A stretch of 64,000 nucleotides of DNA, from positions 377,146,001 through 377,210,000 of the forward strand of contig OZ024742.1 in the NCBI GenBank assembly GCA_964016885.1, read 5' to 3'. This DNA comes from Eledone cirrhosa. Lineage: Eukaryota. Of this stretch, positions 55,389 to 64,000 are shown piece by piece. Below the pieces are notes generated by a model. That model was given only the letters and a program-made list of their open reading frames with translations, ran no database searches and was not told the DNA's origin. A program made the translations under genes and the position numbers. Positions within the stretch are counted from its first letter, which is position 1; the number at the start of each line of letters is the position of its first letter.

Positions 55389-58300
55389 GAGATTACAATA
55401 ATCAAAGTTCAGTTTAAATCATTTATTTGCTTACAATTGTTTCCTCCAAACCGAGGTTTGGATTCTTCGGAGCAACTATTTAGTGATCTATAACATACTT
55501 GACCTCCTTTTCAACACAAGAGACATATAAAAAACATATGCATATATTGACCCACAGTGGGATGACATCCATCAAAATGATATAGCATGGCAATTTACAT
55601 ATAAAGGTTAAAGGATAAAAAAAAAAACAATAAATAAATAAAAAAAATAAAAATAAAAAATAAAAATAAAAATAAAAATAAAAATAAAAATAAAAATAAA
55701 AATAAAAATAAAAATAAAAATAAAAATAAAAATAAAAATAAAAATAAAAATAAAAATAAAAATAAAAATAAAAATAAAAATAAAAATAAAAATAAAAATA
55801 AAAATAAAAATAAAAATAAAAATAAAAATAAAAATAAAAATAAAAATGAAACATTGGCAGTTTATGAAGATAAAGCGAGAGGAAAGTTTAGAGTAGTCAG
55901 TGTATGAAACAATCTCACGTGTAGCATGCACGCGTGTCTTATTTATACAGGATTAGAGTGCGGCAGATTGTTAGTTGCAGGATCAGGCAGTCGAAGCAGG
56001 CAGTCGATAGTATTATGTGGGCTGAATTGTTAAATCATTTTTTCGCATACACCTGTATGGTATACAATCCCGAATGTAGAGAAACACCACAATATCAAAA
56101 ATATCAAACATATTATAAAACATATTATAGCGTAGGCAAAACAGTACCACTGTCTTCGCGCACACCACCACTCACATAATCCATGAGACGCAATATATAG
56201 ACCACGGGTCTATCATATAATTCACGATGGTTTAGCATATAACCAAGTTATAAACCATATCTTGTCGATTCTTAATCAATAGGTCATGTTGTTTAGTTTT
56301 GTGTGATGATATTATATTCCGGAAGTGTGTGCGTGATCAAGGGGAGTTAATGCGTAGGGGAGGTAACTAGCTGGTTTTCTTAGTTAAATTTATTATCCTA
56401 ATTACATTAATGGTGTTTCAAATAAATGCCTATCATATGATGTTATAACTAATTTCTAGATTATGTTACTTATCTATAGGTTACTGTGTAGTCTATTAAG
56501 AGGTACTAAAGGTGTATATATCAGGATGATTACCTTCTATTAAGAGGTGTCATATCTGAACATTCTATAAGAATAGTCAGACCTCCAAATCAATGTTCAT
56601 TGTAAGTGTATACCACCCGCAGAACCTGGCAGGGTCCTATTATTATATATGACTCCCGGTAAGCTCTGGGTCATTGTATGTCTGAATCCTTGGCCAATTT
56701 GAATATCTCCAGGGTGGTCTGGAGATCAAATCTCTCATATAAAGACACCAGTCTGGCCATCAAGCAATACATAAACTCCCATCTCATATATAAATTAAAT
56801 TAGATTTCTTATCTACAAATTAGAGTGGAGTCTATTAATAGGTACTAAAGGAGTTCATATCCTGATGATTACAATCTAATATGGAGTGCCACACCTGGAC
56901 AATCTATAAGAAGAGTCGGACTTCATAATTAATTATATGTATATGGGTCTCACTACTAATAAGGGTCTTATTACTATTATGGGTCCTATACATATAATTA
57001 ATTATGAAGTCCGACTCTTCTTATAGATTGTCCAGGTGTGGCACTCCATATTAGATTGTAATCATCATGATATGAACTCCTTTAGTACCTATTAATAGAC
57101 TCCACTCTAATTTGTAGATAAGATACCTAATTTAATTTATATATGAGATAGAAGTTTATCTATTGCTTGATGGCCAGATTGGTGTCTTTATATGAGAGAT
57201 TTGATCTCCAGTCCACCCTGGAGATATTCATATTGGCCAAGGATTCAGACATACAATGACCCAGAGCTTACCGGGAGTCATATATAATAATAGGACCCTG
57301 CCAGGTTCTGCGGATGGTATACACTTACTAAGAACATTGATTTGGAGGTCTGACTCTTCTTATAGAATGTTCAGATATGACACCCCTTAATAGAAGGTAA
57401 TCATCCTGATATATACACCTTTAGTACTTCTTAACAGACTACACAGTAACCTATAGATAAGTAACATAATCTAGAAATTAGTTATAACAGCATATGATAG
57501 GCACTTATTTGAAACACGATTAGTGTAATTAGGATAATAAATCTAACTAAGAAACCAGCTAGTTACCTCCCCTACGCATTAACTCCCCTTGGTCACGCAC
57601 ACACTTCCGGAATATAATATCATCACACAAAACTAAACAACATGATCTATTGATTAAGAATCGACAAGATATGGTTTATAACTTGGTTATATGCTAAACC
57701 ATCGTGGATTATATGATAGACCCGTGGTCTATATATTGCGTCTCATGGATTATGTGAGTGGTGGTGTGCGCGAAGACAGTGGTACTGTTTTGCCTACGCT
57801 ATAATATGTTTTATAATATGTTTGATATTTTTGATATTGTGGTGTTTCTCTACATTCGGGATTGTATACCATACAGGTGTATGCGAAAAAATGATTTAAC
57901 AATTCAGCCCACATAATACTATCGATTGCCTGCTTCAACTGCCTGATCCTGCAACTAACAATCTGCCGCACTCTAATCCTGTATAAATAAGACACGCGTG
58001 CATGCTACACGTGAGATTGTTTCATACACTGATTACTCTAAACTTTCCTCTCGCTTTATCTTCATAAACTGCCAATGTTTCATTTTTATTTTTATTTTTA
58101 TTTTTATTTTTATTTTTATTTCTATTTTTATTTTTATTTTTATTTTTATTTTTATTTTTATTTTTATTTTTATTTTTATCCTTTAACCTTTATATGTAAA
58201 TTGCCATGCTATATCATTTTGATGGATGTCATCCCACTGTGGGTCAATATATTGCATATGTTTTTTATATGTCTCTTGTGTTGAAAAGGAGGTCAAGTAT

Positions 58301-58406
58301 GTTATAGATCACTAAATAGTTGCTCCGAAGAATCCAAATCTCGGTTTGGAGGAAACAATTGTAAGCAAATAAATGATTTAAACTGAACTTTGATTATTGT
58401 AATCTC
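55389..58406. repeat. 3-kb palindrome / foldback element (arms 55389-56943 and 56987-58406, 43-bp spacer)
   Basis: Arms are reverse complements with scattered substitutions and different (TAAAAA)n lengths; mirrored ORFs appear in the track; termini GAGATTAC...GTAATCTC. Confidence 0.95.
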
Positions 58407-58416
58407 TCTCTCTCTC

Positions 58417-58430
58417 TATATATATATATT

Positions 58431-58481
<51 letters not shown>

Positions 58482-58512
58482 TTATATATGTATATATATT
58501 TTATATATATTA

Positions 58513-58584
<72 letters not shown>

Positions 58585-58594
58585 ATATATATTA

Positions 58595-58652
<58 letters not shown>

Positions 58653-58662
58653 ATATATATTA

Positions 58663-58727
<65 letters not shown>

Positions 58728-58740
58728 TTTATATATATTA

Positions 58741-58815
<75 letters not shown>
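58417..58815. repeat. Compound (TA)n microsatellite with periodic TTT/ATG interruptions
   Basis: Direct reading. Confidence 0.9.
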
Positions 58816-58816
<1 letters not shown>

Positions 58817-59326
58817 CTTGAAGTATTATTCGTTTATCGTGGTTCATAATTTTATTACAGTTTGGAGGAGTTTAGTTCTATAAAATATACAAAATAGATT
58901 TGAAAATTCTATAATAGTTCATTTTAAAAGCGCATGATAATTTTCTCTGTAACTATTAATTAATTGCTTCTTACAATTAATTAATATCAAGAGAAGACAT
59001 TTACAATGACTAGAGCCGAAACTAAATCACTACGGTACTTAGCACGATAGCAAAAATCTATATTTTTATTCACGAGGTAAATTTAATTGCATTTGCTTTT
59101 ACCGACAGCATTGTACATAAATGGATTATCTCTTAATTAAATTATATTAGATAATATGAATATTCAATTTTTACTTTTTAATTAATTTTATTTTGTAATT
59201 ATTCTTTCTTAATCTTAAACTTCCCACTTATTCTTCACTTCTTCAAAATCTTTAGATTAGAAGGCAATGTTTTTTGCTGTTGTCGTTGTTGTTGCTGTAA
59301 CTTCTTTGCTCCATGTTATATCTGGT

Positions 59327-60659
59327 AGAGTACATGAGATCACAGACTTTCCATCTGTGACCAGAGTACATGATATCACAAACTTTCCAGCCGTGACCAG
59401 AGTACATGAGATCACAGACTTTCCAGCCGTGACCAGAGTACATGAGATCACAGACTTTCCATCTGTGACCAGAGTACATGAGATCACAGAATTTCCATCT
59501 GTGACCAGAGTACATGAGATCACAGACTTTCCATCTGTGATCAGAGTACATGAGATCACAGACTTTCCATCTGTGATCAGAGTACATGAGATCACAGACT
59601 TTCCATCTGTGACCAGAGTACATGAGATCACAGACTTTCCAGCCGTGACCAGAGTACATGGGATTACAGACTTTCCAGCCGTGACCAGAGTACATGAGAT
59701 CACAGAGTTTCCATCTGTGACCAGAGTACATGAGATCACAGACTTTCCATCTGTGACCAGAGTACATGAGATCACAGACTTTCCAGCCGTGACCAGAGTA
59801 CATGAGATCACAGATTTTCCAGCCGTGACCAGAGTACATGAGATCACAGACTTTCCATCTGTGACCAGAGTACATGAGATCACAGACTTTCCATCTGTGA
59901 CCAGAGTACATGAGATCACAGACTTTCCATCTGTGACCAGAGTACATGAGATCACAGACTTTCCATCTGTGACCAGAGTACATGAGATCACAGACTTTCC
60001 AGCCGTGACTAGAGTACATGAGATCACAGACTTTCCAGCCGTGACCAGAGTACATGGGATCACAGACTTTCCAGCCGTGACCAGAGTACATGAGATCACA
60101 GACTTTCCAGCCGTGACCAGAGTACATGAGATCACAGACTTTCCATCTGTGACCAGAGTACATGAGATCACAGACTTTCCATCTGTGACCAGAGTACATG
60201 ACATCACAGACTTTCCAGCCGTGACCAGAGTACATGAGATCACAGACTTTCCATCTGTGACCAGAGTACATGAGATCACAGACTTTCCATCTGTGACCAG
60301 AGTACATGGGATCACAGATTTTCCATCTGTGACCAGAGTACATGGGGTTACAGACTTTCCAGCCGTGACCAGAGTACATGGGATCACAGACTTTCCAGCC
60401 GTGACCAGAGTACATGGGATCACAGACTTTCCAGCCGTGACCAGAGTACATGAGATCACAGACTTTCCAGCCGTGACCAGAGTACATGGGATCACAGACT
60501 TTCCAGCCGTGACCAGAGTACATGGGATTACAGACTTTCCAGCCGTGACCAGAGTACATGGGATCACAGACTTTCCAGCCGTGACCAGAGTACATGGGAT
60601 CACAGACTTTCCAGCCGTGACCAGAGTACATGGGATCACAGACTTTCCAACCGTGACCA
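59327..60659. repeat. 36-bp minisatellite (~37 copies)
   Basis: Unit GACCAGAGTACATG[A/G]GATCACAGACTTTCCA[TCT/GCC]GT. Confidence 0.97.
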
Positions 60660-61424
60660 TTTTTTTCATTTTTTATTTTTTTTCCAGAGCAAACTTATCT
60701 AAGATGTACATTTGATGTCCATCTATTTTTAAGGTGTCATATGGCTGCTATTTTCAGCATGTAGAGCAGCTATACAGAAGTCCATCTCACAACCAAATCA
60801 ATGCATCACTAATGTCGCGTCTCAGAAACAGCCCATCCATCATCCAATGACTCTCCCTGCGGCTCTAAACCAGCAGGGTCATAACGACCTGACTGCTCCT
60901 TGACAGTGTAGTTAGGGGCTCTAACCCTAGTGTTGTTAATTATATTCTCCGTATCTTTTAAATGGCTGATAATACCTTTCCGGCGCCACTCGAGTAAGGT
61001 AATCATTTAACCCATAAATGGGGCCCTAACAAATGCTACTACTCCGGGCCAGAGCAGACCTGGGAGTGATAATAACTAAGGGGTAACTCCACATCCCCCA
61101 CAGCTCCTGAACTCCCGAACTGGAGCCTTGCCACTGGATGCAGTTTAATGTCACTAGAATCTTTTTCAACACGCTAACGCGCATGTGTATGTATGTGTGC
61201 GCGTATGTATGTGCATATGCATACATTTATAAGGACATCACTAATTTTGTTAAGAAAAGGACCCAAACAAAACAACTTCCATTTTGATCAGTTCAAAGCC
61301 TGTTTGAGGTTTGGTATTATAAACGGAAATTGTTTGTTTAGGAATCAATTCACGGAATGTTTAACAATATAGTTTCATAGTTTTGTTGAAATAGAAAGAG
61401 CAGCATTCATTATCCTTACAAACC

Positions 61425-61628
61425 CTAAGGTGGTGGATTGGCAGAATCGGTAGAGCGTCGATAGAGTTACGGTCCTTTATGTTCTGAGTTCAAATACTGC
61501 CGAGGTTAACTTTGCATTTCATCCTTACAGGGTTGATAACATAAAGTACCTGTAACGCACTGAAGTCAATTTAATCGACTTTCCCCTTCCCAAAATTGTT
61601 GGCCTTTTGCCTCAACCAGAAACCATTA
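61425..61628 (+). mobile_element. Relatively complete SINE (family A) with tRNA-like head
   Basis: GGTGGTGGATTGGCAGAATCGGTAGAGCG (A-box-like) ... GAGTTCAAATAC (B-box) ... ATAAAGTACC ... TTGTTGGCCTTTTGCCT. Confidence 0.85.
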
Positions 61629-62077
61629 CCTTTACAAACCATCAACAGATATAAACGTTGTTGTAGTGGAAACTGAGGTCTACAGGAGTAATATACATGC
61701 ATTCCTCAGAAACAATCGGTGAGATGGATCAAGGATATCGAGACGAGAAACGGGTGCTGACATAACAACTACCTATTATCAATATATCGATATACCATGA
61801 TCAATCAACCTTCTGAAACGATCGTAAAACAATGAACTAGTTAAGAACCCATCTTCGATTTTTGTTATATTTTCATTGTTCAATACACATATAAATATAT
61901 GTATAAACATACACATATTTATAAATGACTGTACCTTGAGTAGAATCTTCGATGGAACCTTATACGTCGAGTACCAACATTATACTCACTGCATAATCTC
62001 GTTGACACCGCTTCTTCAAAACTGTATTGAACCCTAACAACATTATAGGTCCTACCATAAACAGATGAATACAAGTA

Positions 62078-62145
<68 letters not shown>

Positions 62146-62329
62146 TAACAAGCGTAAAGTGAACTCCTGTACTCGTTTACAATCAAACATTAATATAGAC
62201 ATACACATACACACTCACATATCCTTACACTCAAATACAGACACCCTGACACACATACATATACACACACCCTTGCACACACACTCACGTATATATATAT
62301 AAATATATAATATATATATATATATAGAT

Positions 62330-62710
62330 ATAGTTTTGCGAGGCTTTTGATATGAAATCGTGTATCGAAACAAATATTGTTATAGTTGGGGAGGGTCATA
62401 TTTGTGTAATAATATTGCCAGAAATATGCCAAAAGATGGCGTAAGCATGCAATGCAACGGGAGGAAACATAATAGCAAGACTGACGATGTTGCAGATGTG
62501 CAACGAAAGAACTTTGATATACTATATATATGTGTTTGTGTCTATATTGTATCTGTATTTTTGACCGTTGGTCAGTTAATGGCAACATTGAGGACCGAAT
62601 AAATTAAATTAACCGATATAAAAGACACAGAAGCGAAATCCAAACAAACAGTGAGTGTGTTCTGTTATTATTTCTGGCAATATTATTACACAAATATGAC
62701 CCTCCCCAAG

Positions 62711-62715
<5 letters not shown>
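62330..62715. mobile_element. Diverged Penelope-tail fragment with inversion and a decayed hammerhead core (62481-62518)
   Basis: GGGAGGGTCATATTTGTGTAATAATATTGCCAGAAAT at ~62390 is inverted at ~62670-62708; CTGACGA-t-GTTGCA-gatg-TGCAAC-GAAAGAACTTTGA parallels the 53269 motif. Confidence 0.65.
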
Positions 62716-62761
<46 letters not shown>

Positions 62762-62936
62762 CAAACATCACGGACGCTCTATCTCAAAATTATTTTTGAA
62801 AAGCATTAGAAATGCGCAACCGGTAAAACTTGAAACCAAAACTGAATAATAACCAATACTATTACTAATTTTCACTTATTCCTAATTAAACTATTTTTCA
62901 CTGTGAACAATTTGTCAGCATTTTCTTTTCCGTTTA

Positions 62937-62964
<28 letters not shown>

Positions 62965-62973
<9 letters not shown>

Positions 62974-63483
62974 TAAAATAACAGATTAAAGTTTAAGCAA
63001 AGAATCGCTGCTTTCACCCTTAACGGGATCTTCTGAAACTAACAAAGTCAATCTGTTTATCTTCGTTTTTTCCGTTCATTGCCAGAGAACGTCTCTATGA
63101 ACCACCTAAGAGAACATTAGTCTACGACCTCTTTTATACCATAAACGTGGTTCTGTCTTTGCGCGTAATTGTTTTTCACCGCTCCTATTAATGACGTATT
63201 ATATTCGTTTTTTCCCGTTCTTTGCCAGGGAACGTTTCCACGAACCAAAGTATCGTCTTCCTGTCTTCCTCCGATTGCAACGTTTTTTGAAATATTCACT
63301 TCTGCGTTTACAGATTGACTTTGTTAGTTTCAGAAGATCCTGTTAAGGGTGAAAGCAGCGATTCTTTGCTTAAACTTTAATCTGTTATTTTAATAAATAT
63401 TTGCTCTACGGTTCTTATATATTTGATATATATTTATCCTTATCGAGCCCTCTTTGGATTTTAGTCTTCAAATTTATTATTAT

Positions 63484-63490
<7 letters not shown>
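62965..63490. mobile_element. (TA)n-embedded element with inverted ~90-bp repeats, each holding a CAGAAGA-core hammerhead-like motif
   Basis: 62965-63056 is the reverse complement of 63310-63401; motif AGTTT-CAGAAGA-tCC[C/T]-gttaa-GGGt-GAAA-GCA...TGC-TT-AAACT. Confidence 0.75.
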
Positions 63491-63553
<63 letters not shown>

Positions 63554-63576
63554 GTATATATACGTATGTCCCATAC

Positions 63577-63608
<32 letters not shown>

Positions 63609-63783
63609 GTATGTCTCAAGGCTCTGATACCATCAACACCATAAACACAGAGCTGGCATATCTAAGAATTGACTAACAGCCTGATGAGGTCATAGCCATT
63701 CAATGGCTATCATCGAAATATATATACAAGTAAATAAAGGATTATGAGTTCATGCAATTGACTTATGTTTCGTCACTATATAC

Positions 63784-63851
<68 letters not shown>

Positions 63852-63934
63852 GTTATTCCGGGTTGAATCGGAGGTAACCACAGTAAGTAAGGTACTCAAT
63901 ACATAGCAGAGTATAAAGGTTTTAATATAGATGA

Positions 63935-63983
63935 GATTCTACAGGACTAGAACTGTTTCATTCATTAGAAATCATCAGGAATC
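63935..63983 (-). ncRNA. Type I hammerhead ribozyme at a fold-back apex
   Basis: Minus strand GATTC-CTGATGA-tTTC-taat-GAAt-GAAA-CAG-ttctagtc-CTG-TA-GAATC; an inverted copy starts at 63983 (CTGATGATTTCTAATGAA) and runs off the window. Confidence 0.78.
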
Positions 63984-64000
63984 TGATGATTTCTAATGAA

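Noticed and set aside
55934-57995. Duplicated 81-aa ORFs on opposite strands
   Set aside because: Mirror images produced by the palindrome arms; non-ATG starts and no recognisable motif.
50660-58883. Many YI/IY-, FY- and CV-repeat ORFs
   Set aside because: Translations of (TA)n, (TAAAAA)n and (TG)n microsatellites.
59252-60669. Minus-strand Cys/His-rich repeat ORFs (MYSGHGWKVCDL; CTLVTAGKSVIS)
   Set aside because: Frames of the 36-bp minisatellite; no domain evidence.
61425-61505. tRNA gene
   Set aside because: A/B-box-like head continues into the SINE body; no full cloverleaf.
63675-63730. Hammerhead at CTGATGAGGTCATAGCCAT...ATGGCTATCATCGAAA
   Set aside because: Core and stem II are present but stem I cannot be paired; counted only as a decayed remnant, like the partial core at ~51715-51755.

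Overview
AT-rich, repeat-dense animal genomic DNA, most likely a cephalopod (Octopus-like). This is inferred from the tRNA-derived SINE families, the microsatellite load and the neuropeptide type. About 40% of the window is tandem satellite or minisatellite (54-, 41/35-, 29-, 50-, 42- and 36-bp units), and almost all long ORFs in the track are read-through of these repeats. One host gene is clearly supported: the large last coding exon (minus strand, 32510-33898) of a pedal-peptide/orcokinin-type neuropeptide precursor with about 22 predicted amidated xFDSIDGSSFNTMamide-type peptides. Its signal-peptide exon was not located. The rest is mobile DNA: a near full-length degenerate R4/Dong-type RLE retrotransposon inside an (ATGT)n tract, RTE-derived non-autonomous elements with (ATGT)n tails, a 5'-truncated Penelope-like element, a deleted mariner, a hAT-like MITE, many SINEs and a 3-kb palindrome. 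The least obvious signal is a dispersed set of about ten type I hammerhead-ribozyme motifs from several families. They mostly sit next to (TA)n tracts, and several are arranged as inverted pairs or fold-backs whose apex falls in the ribozyme.
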